A DNA stretch of 47,494 nucleotides, taken from assembly GCF_001194135.2 (NCBI RefSeq), contig NC_068999.1, positions 32,166,461 through 32,213,954 on the forward strand, written 5' to 3'. Positions 23,434-36,175 of this stretch are shown piece after piece. Positions within the stretch are counted from its first letter, which is position 1. The number at the start of each line of letters is the position of its first letter. Position numbers and translations under genes: made by a program. This DNA comes from Octopus bimaculoides (lineage: Eukaryota). A model generated the notes under the pieces. It saw nothing but the letters and a program-made list of their open reading frames with translations. It was not told where the DNA came from and made no database searches.

Positions 23434-24860
23434 TTTGTTTAACATCCACTTTCCATGCTAGTATAGGTTGGACGATTTGACTGAGGACTGGCGAACTAGA
23501 TGGCTGCACCAGGCTCCAATCTGATCTGGCAGAGTTTCTACAGCTGGATGCCCTTCCTAACGCCAACCACTCTGAGAGTGTAGTGGGTGCTTTTATGTGC
23601 CACCAAAATGAGGGCCAGTCTGGCGGTACTGGCAACGGCCACGCTCAAATGGTGTTTTTTATGTGCTACCGGCACGGAAGTCAGACAGCTGGTCTGGCAG
23701 TGATCCCGCTCAGATGGTGCTGTTAGCGCTCCACTGGCACGGGTGCCAATCATCGAATGTTGGTTCAATTTCGATTTCTCTTGCCNNNNNNNNNNNNNNN
23801 NNNNNNNNNNNNNNNNNNNNNNNNNNNNNNNNNNNNNNNNNNNNNNNNNNNNNNNNNNNNNNNNNNNNNNNNNNNNNNNNNNNNNNNNNNNNNNNNNNNN
23901 NNNNNNNNNNNNNNNNNNNNNNNNNNNNNNNNNNNNNNNNNNNNNNNNNNNNNNNNNNNNNNNNNNNNNNNNNNNNNNNNNNNNNNNNNNNNNNNNNNNN
24001 NNNNNNNNNNNNNNNNNNNNNNNNNNNNNNNNNNNNNNNNNNNNNNNNNNNNNNNNNNNNNNNNNNNNNNNNNNNNNNNNNNNNNNNNNNNNNNNNNNNN
24101 NNNNNNNNNNNNNNNNNNNNNNNNNNNNNNNNNNNNNNNNNNNNNNNNNNNNNNNNNNNNNNNNNNNNNNNNNNNNNNNNNNNNNNNNNNNNNNNNNNNN
24201 NNNNNNNNNNNNNNNNNNNNNNNNNNNNNNNNNNNNNNNNNNNNNNNNNNNNNNNNNNNNNNNNNNNNNNNNNNNNNNNNNNNNNNNNNNNNNNNNNNNN
24301 NNNNNNNNNNNNNNNNNNNNNNNNNNNNNNNNNNNNNNNNNNNNNNNNNNNNNNNNNNNNNNNNNNNNNNNNNNNNNNNNNNNNNNNNNNNNNNNNNNNN
24401 NNNNNNNNNNNNNNNNNNNNNNNNNNNNNNNNNNNNNNNNNNNNNNNNNNNNNNNNNNNNNNNNNNNNNNNNNNNNNNNNNNNNNNNACACATGTCCTCA
24501 GCAGTCATGGCCCATGTTTCACTGCCATGTAGCATGGCTGTTCGTACAAATACGTCATACAGTCTGCCTTTTACTTTGAGCGAGAGGCCCTTTGTCACCA
24601 GCAGAGGTAATAGCTCTCTGAACTTTGCCCAGGCTATTCTTATTCTAGCAGCTACACTTTCAGTGCACCCTCCTCCGCTACTGACTTGGTCACCTAGTTA
24701 ATGGAAGCTATCAACTACTTCTAGTTTTTCTCCCTGGAATGTGGCAAAGGTTGTTTTCTGCACATTTTCAGTGTTTATTGCTCCTGAGCATCTGCCACAT
24801 GCAAAAACTATCTTGCTAGTTAGCCTTCCTTTGATATTGCTGCACTTCTTATGTGTCCGT
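23401..24860 (-). mobile_element. RTE LINE, same family as 11040-12741, gap 23786-24487
   Basis: (CAT)n tail, 3' UTR, KGLSLKVKGRLYDVFVRTAMLHGSETW. Confidence 0.92.
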
Positions 24861-26565
24861 ACAATATGTCATGTCCTTTTTTTAAGAGGTTGGGTTTGAT
24901 TTGAAGGATATTATGCTACTATTTCAAGCAGGTTCAAGTGGCTAAACTGACATTCCCTCATTGACTTCATGTCTACGTAGAGGACGTTTCAATAACCCAG
25001 TAAGCAGATTTGGCAGTAGTTACCTTTTACAGAACTTAGATTTAGGAGAAAGTTAGATGTATGTGGATGCTACAATGGAAATGAAATTGATGTTACATTT
25101 TGTCAAATTGTATGAAAGAAATCATATATGTCAATGTGTGAAGATGTTCAATGTGTCAATGTATATGAGGTTAGGTCAATGCGTTAAAATGTAGAATTAT
25201 ATAATGTAAGGTCAAGTAAATTATTTCTTCTTCATGATTATCCTTATAAAACAAAAAATACTTACTGTAAAAACCCATGTAATTTGCACGCCTGTGTAAT
25301 TTACACAGGTGATTTTCAGGATAAAAATTGTTAAAAAAAGCTTCTGTTCCTGTAAAATTCACACCCAAAAGTTTCCAGAATTGCCAATATTGCCAGAGGA
25401 AAAAGGTTTTCAATTTAGTTGTATTTAGCATAATTTCACTTACTTATGATTAGATTTTATTAAATTTTCATGAAATAGTAATAATTTCTGTTTAACAGGT
25501 ATCAAATACGAAGTTTTGTGTTGTTTATAATAAACTTTATTTTACATTTCTTGCCCACAAGAGATTATGTCCGATCTTTAACATACTTCTGCATGTCTTC
25601 TCAAATTACAATTACAGGAAAAGTTGTTGATAATTCTTATCAACAAAAACAAAGCTGATAAATATGCACACGTATTGCAAAATAAGTTTAATTACCAATA
25701 AACATCAGCTTGGATGACACTTTACTCAACCGACAGAGAAAGGTGACCGATCAAACTGATTATGTAATCAGAATTCTGATTGGTCAAAAGTGTCTTCTTG
25801 TCTTGAGCTCTGATTTGCTGCCCATTCTTGTATGAACCTTTGATATGGAGTATTGGAATTTTAATCCCTTTCACACTTATAAAATATCAAGCAAACTTTA
25901 AAATTTGTCATTACTGCTTTAGCCAGGAGATCAAACTGATAGTTTGGTAACCTGCTAAAATAAACATTAAAAATTGAAAGGAGAAAATAAACAGCTTTGC
26001 AAGTTCAACTCAGTGTTTATTGAACAAGAGAGGTGCAAAATTTAAGTGACTTGTTAGAATATATATGTCTGTGAGGAAACATAAGAATCTACTATACCAA
26101 AAGAACTGGTAATACATGCATTACAAGTGTTCTATGAAGAGAACATAAGATTGCTGCGTAATTCAGCATGAATGTGAAATGCCATTAAACATTGTATAAG
26201 GTAAATGAAAGTTTCTGTAGGAACAGGAAGTCATATTCACTTAGTGAGTCTACATGCACAAGGGTGAATTATGATGTTGTCGTTGGCATTAGGTGATGAA
26301 TTACATTGTCCCAACATGGGGAAAGCAAGCAATTCCTTCCTGGAGGCAAAGACAAGCTAAACTGCTTAAGTGGAGAAAAACTGATCTATTTAAAGAAATT
26401 GCTGGGCTCCATTGTGATAGGTAGAGACTCCTAGCCATGTGAAACATGGCCTGGACCGTCAGACTTCAAAAAGTATTTAACCATTTAATGGTTTTAGTAA
26501 ATTTATACAGAAAAAGTAAGTATTATACTGTCCAGCATAAATAAAGTCAACTTCATTATATTTTT

Positions 26566-26775
26566 TCTGTAAAAACCTATTCTGACATTAAATGCGTCAA
26601 CTTTACGTTTGAGTCAACTTTACATTTGAGTCAACTTTACATTTGTACACCATTTCTCAACAAAATTTTTTTTTTTTAATTCTGGAAACGATCTACTCAT
26701 GTAATTTACGCACCCACTAAAATTTATTTTTGGTTTTGCGAAAAAAAGTGCATAAATTACATGGGTTTTTATGGT
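26566..26775. mobile_element. Small MITE (Tc1/pogo-like ends) with 17-bp x3 internal repeat
   Basis: ctgtaaaaacc ... ggtttttatggta; gtcaactttac(g/a)tttga three times. A related end sits at 25263. Confidence 0.55.
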
Positions 26776-26979
26776 ATATATAAAGACTAAAAATGAAATG
26801 ATGATGATGCAATATAGATAATCCCAGATTAAAGTTTCCATGTAAAAAGAATGTATTGATAATTAAATTTGGCAAGAAGTCTATTTTGTCTATTTAAGAC
26901 TATTTTTGACTGAAATGCAACAATAATTAACAATCAGTAATTGGTCAATGACATCATCATCATCATCGTGGTGGTGGTG

Positions 26980-27480
26980 GTGGTAGTGAGCTGGCAAAAT
27001 TGTAAGCATGCCAGGAAAAAATGCTTAGTGATATTTAGCCCGTCTTTACTTTCTGAATTCAAATTCCACCAAGGTCGACTTCGCCTTTCATCCTTTCGAG
27101 GTCAATAAATTAAGTACCAGTGAAACACTAGGGGCAATGTAATCCACTAGTCCCCTCACCAAACATTTCAGGGCTTGTGCCGTTAGTAGAAAAGATTATT
27201 ATTATTACTATTATTATTATTATTATTTATTATTATCAAGGTGGCAAGCTGGCTGAATCATTAGCATGCTGGACAAAATACTTAGTGGTTTTCACTTGTT
27301 TCTATGTTCTGAGTTCAAATTCCGCTGAGGTTGACTTTGCCTTTCATCCTTTCAGGGTCAATAAATTAAGTACCCGTGAAATACTGGGATTGATGTAATC
27401 AATTAGTCCCCTCCCACTAAATTTCAGGCCTTGTGCCTTTAGTGGAAAAGATTATTATTATTACTACTACTACTTTTTTA
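26980..27480 (+). mobile_element. Head-to-tail pair of family B SINEs, each with an (ATT)n tail
   Basis: Two units, about 26980-27235 and 27238-27480. Confidence 0.85.
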
Positions 27481-27811
27481 TTATTATCATTTATTTATTC
27501 AATTCCCTGGTCACTTACATTCTCCCTCTCCCATCTCTGTTTTTCTTATCTCTCCTTGCCTTTCCACTGTTTCAACACTCCCTTCCCCACTCTGCACTGC
27601 AGACATCCTTCTATCTGATTTTATTCACCTTCATCTTCTCCCATTTTATCCTTCTTTTAAACTAGGACCTGAACTGCTATTTTGCTGATCTTTCCAACTT
27701 GACAAAGGAGGCCGGTTTTACAGTAATGTTTATACGCCTCCTTTCCTGGTTGGATGTCCTTCATTTTTTGTGCACTCCATCTACCAATTATGAACATTAT
27801 GACTATTATGT

Positions 27812-27842
27812 AGTTCTGAGCCCCAGAAACAGCTGTTGAACT
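27812..27842 (+). ncRNA. Degenerate hammerhead remnant (core/helix II deletion)
   Basis: agttc...GAAA-cagctg-T-t-gaact: helix I agttc/gaact and palindromic ACAGCTGT. Confidence 0.4.
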
Positions 27843-28124
27843 TGAAATATCATGCTTTCTTCTCTTAGTTTTCTGTATTTTTTGTACTGCATGGGAATTA
27901 GTTTTGTAAATATATAAATATGCATATGCTTATACATGAGTGTTCATCTTCTGAATAGTTTTAGTTTTTGTTTCTCTCTGTAGATATCCCTATATATATT
28001 TACATGTGTATATCTATGTATGCATATTTTTTATATATCAAAAATCCAAGCATGTTTACCTGCATCACTATCTATCTATCTATCTATCCATCCTTCCTAC
28101 CTTCCTTCCTTCCTTCCTTTCTCT

Positions 28125-28448
28125 AAATGATAAAACAAAGAAAATTCTTTAACACATCTTTAATGGTTAGTTACAATTGTTTCTGTACCAACACTGTTTG
28201 CAGTGCCAGTTTACACAAAAATTCGAAGTAGAAATTTGCATAATGCTTGCAGTTTTAGACATTAGAGAGGCACTTTATCAGACTTGCTTCAAAGGTATGC
28301 TGTCTCTAGTGTCTAAAACCATAAACATTAAGTAAATCTTCTCTTCAAATTTTTGCATAAACTGGTATTGCAAATAGGGTTGGTTCAGAAACAATTGTAA
28401 TGAATCATTAAGATGTTTTAAAGAATTTTCTTTGTCTTCTTATCATTT
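28125..28448. repeat. 324-bp imperfect palindrome (about 150-bp arms, 25-nt loop)
   Basis: 28125-28272 is the reverse complement of 28298-28448. Confidence 0.88.
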
Positions 28449-28589
28449 GGATTATTTCCTCTTTGCCAAACCCACTTTATGGTGTAATCATCATGAAACT
28501 TGGATTTTCTATACCTGAGGAATTCCAGCTTTGGCCTGTGTTGATAGCCCAGTATTTGAGTCGAATACTTCTCTGGAAATACCCTAACT

Positions 28590-28686
28590 TTACACCCTAC
28601 CTGACCTTTCTTCCTGAGTGTTAAACTAATACACCTGCTTGTTGTTCCTTGACCTGTCTTCATCTTTAGTTTTCTGTACATTTGAA

Positions 28687-28690
<4 letters not shown>
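28590..28690 (+). mobile_element. 3' end of PLE pLTR family B abutting (TA)n
   Basis: Reverse complement of about 9436-9520; HHR part absent. Confidence 0.65.
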
Positions 28691-28724
<34 letters not shown>

Positions 28725-28731
<7 letters not shown>

Positions 28732-30345
28732 TCTGAAATATATAGTATTATATATCCATCACAGCTGATCTTACCAATTGGTTTTGTGCAAGGAATACAG
28801 TAGAGTGTTAGGTAACAATCTGATTATGTAACCTTACACTCATCAGAGTTAGCCAATATCGAAGGGAATATGGTGACTGCTCTCTATTGTTGGAGGTGGA
28901 TTAACACAACCGGTCAGAGGCTGCTTAGAAAAAGGGTAGCGAAATGAAAAAGAGCCAGGGGATTAGGTTAGGAGTTATGCCCCTTGGTTGGGTATGCTGT
29001 TAGGCTGGTAAGAGTTATCTTAAAACATTTCTGGGGTAAGTGTGCATTATTAAGTGTGGTGCTCCTGTGGAGATGGGGTGTGTGGTATGTGTAGTGGTGT
29101 CATGTGCATAATTTTTGGCAGGGTTGTAGGTATATATGGCTGTGTTCATTGGTCTGTTTTCTTCGGTAAAGGATAAGGTCAGGGGAGGGGGATGTTAGCA
29201 TGTGGTGTTTAATGTGTGTGAAAGGGTATGTGTTGGGGTGGTGGGAGATAGTCTGTTTTGTGAGGTGTCCGTGTGTGCATGAGTGCCTTGGTGTGTGCAT
29301 TGGTCAAACTCCTTACTGGGCTCGAGGGCATTGGTGGAAGTTTGAGGCCAGGGACCTGTGGTTGCAGTTATGGTGGGGCACACAAGTATGATAGGATGTA
29401 CTTCCTTTCATGTGTGCAGGGATTAAACATCTCACTCCTGCTATTCAGGTAAACATCTGGGCGTTGGGTACTCTTTAAAATTGCTCTCTTCTCAGTCAGA
29501 CATAACATGCACTTCCTGCTACTATTGAAATACAACTTGCATTTTCCCAGGATCTTCGACTTTATGCTGTACCCTGTGGTACTTTCTTTCAAAGACCAAA
29601 CATTTTTGGCTAGGGTTGCTGCATTATGTCTCTCTGTCATATTGAAGGAGGACTTGTGATTGTTAAAGTGGGTTCTGAAGGGGGCCTTCTGTTTCCCCGA
29701 CATACTTCTGCATGCTTGGTTGCCCATTTGGTCCTGTGAATGTTATCTCTGCCTTGTAATGTTATCTCTGTCTCTGTGTTGCAGTGGCTGTTCAGTAAAC
29801 AAGTTGTGTTAACTCTGCATGAGCATCCTGCCTCTGCGTCGGGTGTAGGCCCACCTACTAAAATCGTTTTTGCATTACATGCACAGCTAAGGGATAATCT
29901 CAGGATATGTCAATTAAATATTTTATTGAATCTTTTAGTACGGGAGAAGTGCCTATCAACTAAACTAAGGAAGATCTTAATTACTCTAGTCTTAATGTTT
30001 AAAGAGAATGTTGGCATGAACCACAGCACTTTCCAGTGGTGCTTTCTCTTGGTGGGGCTAGGGTCTAGCATGTAACTAATACTATCCTTGAGACCACTGG
30101 CAGCCAGAGTCCAGTTGTTGTACAGAGCAGCAGCATCAAGGATCTCTTTGCCTGAGGATAAGCTGGAGATTATCCTCTTGATGCCCTTAACCAGGTTCCT
30201 GAACACTATGGCTGGATGGCAAGAACCTGTGTTAATGTCAGACAGCTTCTCATTTGGTTTCCTAAAGAGTCTATAGGCACCAGGTTCCCGGTCCAAGGTT
30301 ACATCAAGGAAATCTATCATTTTCAGGTAGGTCTCTATCGTGATG
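28725..30345 (-). mobile_element. Penelope-like element, 5'-truncated: RT thumb, GIY-YIG endonuclease, 3' region with HHR
   Basis: IDFLDVTL...YRLFRKPN..., WFMPTFSLNIKT, and FRTHFNNHKSSF...KCMLCLTEK...LNSRSE..C.H; frameshifted. Confidence 0.9.
28764..28853 (-). ncRNA. Type-I hammerhead with 8-bp helix II, long loop and palindromic helix III; G12->A
   Basis: gctaact-CTGATGA-gtgtaagg...ccttgcac-AAAA-ccaattgg-TA-agatcagc; ACCAATTGGT palindrome. Confidence 0.75.
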
Positions 30346-30904
30346 TGTGTGTGTATGTATCTGTTTGTGTGTGTATGCAATTTACAGCACACTTGTTTTT
30401 TACTTCTCTTCATCTCATGCATTGAACAAATCAGAGAGCTTCATTGTGGTCCATACAACCTTATAGATATCGTAGCTAAAACTTCCACAAATCAAACTCT
30501 TATCTAAAAAACAGCAACACAGTGGTTAATGTAGTCCAAGATATATTATGCCCTAAAAACCACTGGCTTGTAACTGTTAGAGCTCTTTTTGATCTGAGAC
30601 CAGCAAATCAGAGCTATTTTGAGGTTAAACAACAGGAAAACAAGAACATTATCATTAACAACAACAATAACAACATTGACAGAACTACCACCAACAACAA
30701 CATCATCACCAACAACAATTACCTCATGTAATGTTACTTATGTTTGTCTAACTGTTTCTCAACAGAAACCAGTCATGCATGTGTATATGTAAATCTTAGA
30801 TACTTTATAAAGTTAAAACCATTCTCAGAAATTTTACCAAATTCTACCAAAGTGAAAGAGAAGAAAACCTAAAACATTTAATTACTGTTTATTAGACATT
30901 TTCT

Positions 30905-30963
30905 TAATTTATTGTCCATATGTTGTAATAAATTATTGTCCATATGTTGTAATAAATTATTGT
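30905..30963. repeat. 24-bp tandem repeat, about 2.5 copies
   Basis: aattattgtccatatgttgtaata repeated. Confidence 0.9.
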
Positions 30964-31299
30964 CTCCATCACAATGCAAGTTTGTTAATTTTCTTCATCT
31001 TTTTATGTTCTTAGTTGAAGTTATTTCCTGCTGTCGGAAATAACATAACTATCCAATGAACACACACACATATACGTATACTCACACATGCATACACACA
31101 TAAAGATACATACTGATATATGTATGCATGCACGTGTACACATATATACACCAACAGATAGACACTCATATACTCAAAACATTTATTCAAAAGCAGACTA
31201 ACAGACATGCAGAAAAACTCAGACAAAAGAAGCACATAGATACAGACTAGTACACTTACAGACCAATATACATAGGGAAAGACATACATACACACACAC

Positions 31300-31990
31300 A
31301 CAACCAGGCAACAATGGCTGTACTAGATTTTAATGAGAAATAGAATTGTATAAATGCTTCTGCACGCCCTAGTCCAGTGCCCAAGTATTGCTGACCTGTG
31401 GGTTTATATTGAACACCTGCTGTTGTGTGTAGGATGGATCCAGCTATCAACTGAATCCATTGTGAGGATTGCCTCACCACCCTCTTTTGGCCAGGAGGGG
31501 CAGGCAATTTTTATTTGTCTTGTGGCTGTAGCAAAAGAGGTAGTATGGTGGACTTGTTTGAAAGGGCTAAAGACAGACACTTTCCTCTTTGGCCAAACCC
31601 CCATCAACTTTTTCAAGTTTCACTTGAAAAAGAAGTGGAGGATAGAGAGGGAAGTGTTGCCTTGTAGCAAGTTTGTTGAAAGGTGGGTGAATGTTGGAAG
31701 AACGGCCAGTGTGAAAGGACCAACTCTGAATGTGCACCTGTAAAAAGGGAATCAAAGGTGAAGGGCTCTTTCCCTGTTGTTCAGGCATCCGTGGCTTTTC
31801 TGGGTTTTTCCATGAAGACCTTAAAGCACCTCCCCTATCGGGAATTTTAATTTGATCAATTTTTAATTGTTATTTATATTGTTTACACACGGAAAACTCA
31901 TTGTATCATCCTGTTTTTGTCTTTTATGTTGTTGCATGTCATTTAATGTTTTGGTATGTGAGCTCTTGTGATTAATAAAAGAATAAATTA
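31300..31990 (+). mobile_element. Tx1/L1-like LINE 3' end (ORF2 C-terminus, UTR, A-rich end)
   Basis: LHALVQCP...AKEVVWWT...INFFKFHLKKKWRIER...FVERW; ends taataaaagaataaa. Confidence 0.75.
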
Positions 31991-32530
31991 TCATTATTAT
32001 TATTGAGTGACAGAGCCATCAAAGTGATGCTAGGGTACAAATATACAAAGCCCAATATACTCATCATGACACCCATTACATAAGGGTGCACTAGGCACAT
32101 GCATCATAACCACATGTGCATGCCATGGTGATCTCATATCAAGATAAACAGTGCATGACCTTGTTGGTGGGGCCCAGTTAGAACTTTCTTCAGGTTGAAT
32201 AGCCAATCTTGTTCAAAAGGTCCCTGAATAAGGGTTGTTTAAGGATGTTGAATGAAACACCCATATTTCCAGGGGTGAATTATTAAAACCCCAAAGAACC
32301 CCTCTCAATACATAGCTATGATGCTCCCCCACCACTTCTGCTTGTGATCAGAACTGCACATACCGTCAGCCACAAAGGGACATGTTCTAGTGGTTAAGGT
32401 CAAGCAACTGACAAGCAAATCTGTGGTATTGAACAAAATATTTGCTGTAGCCCCTCTTTTACACCAAGATAAAACATGAACATGATAATACTTCCAATCA
32501 GTTAAGATCAGAAGCTATGAGAGCCACTAA
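31990..32530 (-). mobile_element. About 520-bp non-LTR 3' UTR or SINE-like repeat with (AAT)n tail
   Basis: Reverse-complement homolog at 36176-36710. Confidence 0.8.
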
Positions 32531-32789
32531 GGGATATGCTCAACTGGTTAAGGCAGCGGTGGTGGTGGCGGTGATCCTCATCCTCACCCTCATCATTATG
32601 AATATGATGAGGAGGACGATACAGTTCCTATTTCAAGTAGGTTCAGAAACCTTATAGCGACACCTTTGTTAGGTTTTTCTTCTTCTCTATTGTGGTGTAG
32701 CAAAATGATTAGAGATATCTTCCTTCTCCTCATGGCTTGCTTATTATTTTTGCTTATTCTTTGTGCAGCATCCTTATTCGTGACTTATG

Positions 32790-32930
32790 CTTCAGTGGTT
32801 GTCTGGATAGAAGTTTGTTTCCAGTTCAATTCCACAGCCTGGCACCTTGGGTGTCTACTACTGTAGACCCCAGCTAATCAAAGCCTTGTGAATGGATATG
32901 ATAGATGGAAACTGAAAGAAGCCCATCACG

Positions 32931-32981
<51 letters not shown>

Positions 32982-33230
32982 ATGCATGCATGTGTATGTG
33001 TTATTTGACTCCTTGCCTTGACATCATATGATAGTTGTAAACAAGTGTCACCATTTCCAATCTTCCATAAAAACATGTTTGGTCATGGGGAATATTATTT
33101 TACTCAGAAACAAGTAAGGGTTGGCAACAGAAAAGACATCTAAACATAGAAAATTCTCCCCCAACAAATTCTGTCTGACCCATGCGAGCATAGAAAAGTG
33201 GGTGTTAAAATGGTGAATCCCCTTGTTGGG
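32790..33230 (+). mobile_element. SINE with family A head and RTE-like 3' tail
   Basis: accttgggtgtc head; tail ggttggcaacagaaaagacatc...cccatgcgagcatagaaaagtgg. Confidence 0.7.
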
Positions 33231-33479
33231 AATACTACCAAAAGCCATAAGATCAATCCATGCCCAACACAAACTCTACTTACTGCTCCAAAATGTTTTG
33301 GTTATGGCATTATTGATCAATCATCGATCTCTAAAATCATATGAATATTTGCAGCCACCTTTCTGTTCTTCTGAAATTATAATTGACTCTTTTTCTGGGT
33401 AAACCTTTATTCTTTCCAGCATTTCTAGTTGAGAGGGCTTTTTTTGCCGGCTCTTTTTCTGTCTTGCAAGTTACTTGGC

Positions 33480-33690
33480 AATGGCAACCTCACTAGTGCT
33501 AGTGCCATGAAAAAAGCACCCACTGCACACTGTAAAATGGTTGGCATTAGGAAGAGCATTCAGCTGCAAAAAACCTGCCAAAGCATTCTCTAGAACACAG
33601 TGCAGTCCTTGGACCCATTGCGTCTTATCAGGTCATACAAAAATTGCCAGTATGAAAAACAGACTTTTAATGATGCTGATGGTGATTACT
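33480..33690 (+). mobile_element. RTE 3' UTR fragment (old)
   Basis: ggttggcattaggaagagcattcagctg...tttaatgatgctgat. Confidence 0.7.
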
Positions 33691-34504
33691 GTAAAGTTCT
33701 TTGTATCTCATCAGCAAGTTGGTTATGGATCTGTGGTTTTGTGAATTTAAAGTTTCATTACTTACAAGTTTCTTTGATGTCATTTCTGGTCCCTTCAGAG
33801 GATGGTGCAATATTTCTACAAGTGTATTGTATTTGCCTGTTAAATATTTTAGCCGATTGTGTTCCATAGCTTCTGGTGAAAACTTATCCTCTGTCCCTAC
33901 ACATAACTTCTTCGTTCGATGATGGCACTACATTGCTTTCTGTTTATATTTTTACTTCATTCTGGATAAAATAATCTTTGGTCAGAATTAATCTGTTTTC
34001 TGGTTACTTTTCTTAATACCAAGTTCATTTCAATAATCTCTTGTGTTTTATGAGTTCTTGAATTTTGAATACTTTTATTTTTACTATTTTGTATTAGTTT
34101 TCTATTTTTTGTTTTTCCTCTTTCACATTTGTGTCTTTTTGATGTTGGTTTCATTAAGTATCAAGAGATATTTTATTTTCTAACTTCTTTCTTTATGTAT
34201 TTGTTTACCCCTATTATTTACTTGAGTTCCAATGTTCTTATATGAAAACTCTTAAAGAAATACTTCTTTGTGTCACTGCTGTTTCTGCTTCACAGATAAA
34301 TCCTGGAGGTATTGATGTTTACATCTACCCCCAGGAATATCTAAGATGGTAAAATTTATATTTTTACTGTTATTGCTTTTTTATCATCAAGGCTTATCTA
34401 TGAGACAATCATCATAGACAATTTAATTTCTTAGCTATTCCAGTTTTCAGAGTGTTGTTATATTTAAAATTTCTACTTTTAGGACTCTCTTCTCATCAAT
34501 CATA

Positions 34505-34665
34505 GGAGCAGGCATGGCTGTATGCTAAAGAAGTTCACTTTGCAAGCATATAGTTTCAGGTTCGGCCCCACTATATAGTACCTTGAGCAAGTGTCTTCTT
34601 CTACAGCACCAGGCCAGCCAATGCTTTGTGAGGAAATTTGCTAGATGGAAACTGAAAGAAACCCA
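34505..34665 (+). mobile_element. Family A SINE head
   Basis: ggagcaggcatggctg...ccttgagcaagtgtc. Confidence 0.75.
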
Positions 34666-35537
34666 TTCTAGAGGCATTTACTTCATACACTGTGGTGCTA
34701 CTTGCTTATCCCTATCCAAGTGACATAACTCTAATAAACAAAAGTTTCCCTTGAGTGTTTCCTCCAATTAATTTTTATTGATCAAAGATTTTTAACCCAC
34801 TATATTATATATGTGAGTCCCTACTTAAGTCAAACATGTAGTATCACAACGTATCCCTCTTATTTTCATTGATGACTTTTGTATATTATTTGGGAGACTT
34901 CAAAAGATATACCAGCTTATATAATTCTACCGATGAGAAACTTTACTAAATCTATTTATTGTATTTCTTAAGTAACAAACTTCTTGTTGAACAAAATGAT
35001 TGAGCTTCCATTTTTATTGTTAGTCGTTCTTTGTTTTGGGTGCAGTGTCTGTTTGGTGGTGGTTTTGGTCTCACTCCATTTGAATATGTTTACACATGAT
35101 GGTAAGTCAGTGATTAGTACAAACGTCTGTACCACATTATTTATACATAACAAACAATATTTTAATAAATTACCATATTACTTAAGCAGGTATCTTTCTA
35201 CAGTTTTGTTGGTTGAGTTTTTGTTTTGTTTATTAATATTATTTAGAGTTGTGAAGTAGTATTGACTGCTGTTATGTAGCTTGGTACTTCTTTGTATTAG
35301 TGGTGGTGGTGGTGGTGGGAGGTTAAATTTGCAATGAATGCTGTAATAAATGCTTAAAAAAATACAAGTGCTATATCAAGTTCTGTGTTTCACTGTTCTA
35401 CGTTAAAATACTATTGGAGTCAGCTTCACTCATCATGTCCTAGAGTCAAGAAAATAAGTTGCAAAACTTATTCTGGACATGTCACTTCTATTCATTAATT
35501 TGTGTGTGTGTGTGTGTGTGTTAATATTTAACATTGC

Positions 35538-35755
35538 CCAAGGCAGCAAGCTGGCAGAAACATTAGCACACCGGGCGAAATACTTAGCGGTATTTCATGT
35601 CTCTACATTCTGACTTCAAATTCCTCTGAGGTCAACTTTGTCTTTCATCCTTTCGGGGTTGATAAATTAAGTACCAGTTGCGTACTAGGGTCAGTCTAAT
35701 CAACTGGCTCCCTCCCAGAAAATGTTGGGCCTTGTGCCTAGAGTAGAAAAGAATA
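35538..35755 (+). mobile_element. Family B SINE
   Basis: gctggcagaaac...ctttcggggttgataaattaagtaccag. Confidence 0.85.
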
Positions 35756-35954
35756 TTTAACATTTCATAGTTTGATTATTTGAGTTTTGAGCCAGTTAAT
35801 GAACATCTTCAGACTACTTTGTGTCCTTTTGAAACTTCAACACACATTCCAAGTTTAAATATTCTTATCAAGGGTACGCTTAACTTGTGGTACTAAGCTG
35901 CTGCTGCTGTTCCTGTTAAAATTGCTACTTCTATTTCTACTGCCAGTGATAGAA

Positions 35955-36160
35955 TTGGTTTCAAATTTTGACACAAGGTCAGAAATTTCAGGAGAGGGGT
36001 AAATTGGTTACATTGACCCCAGTGCCCAACTGGCACTTATCTTATCAACCCCTAAAGGATGAGAAGCGAAGTCAACCCCAGTGAAATTTGAACTCAAAAT
36101 ATAAAGTCAGAAGAAATACCACTAAGCATTTTGTCCAACACAGAAATGATTCTGCTACCT
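35955..36160 (-). mobile_element. Family B SINE
   Basis: aatttgaactcaaaa...ctaagcatttt. Confidence 0.75.
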
Positions 36161-36175
36161 TACCACCAATCTTGG

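Noticed and set aside
26597-26647. Short direct repeats reminiscent of a CRISPR array
   Set aside because: Contiguous 17-bp tandem units with no spacers, in a eukaryotic MITE.
33788-33830. cagagga-tggtgca...tgtatt resembling the 5' half of a PLE hammerhead
   Set aside because: Too decayed, with no GAAA; the surrounding 33.7-34.3 kb may be an old PLE but cannot be supported.
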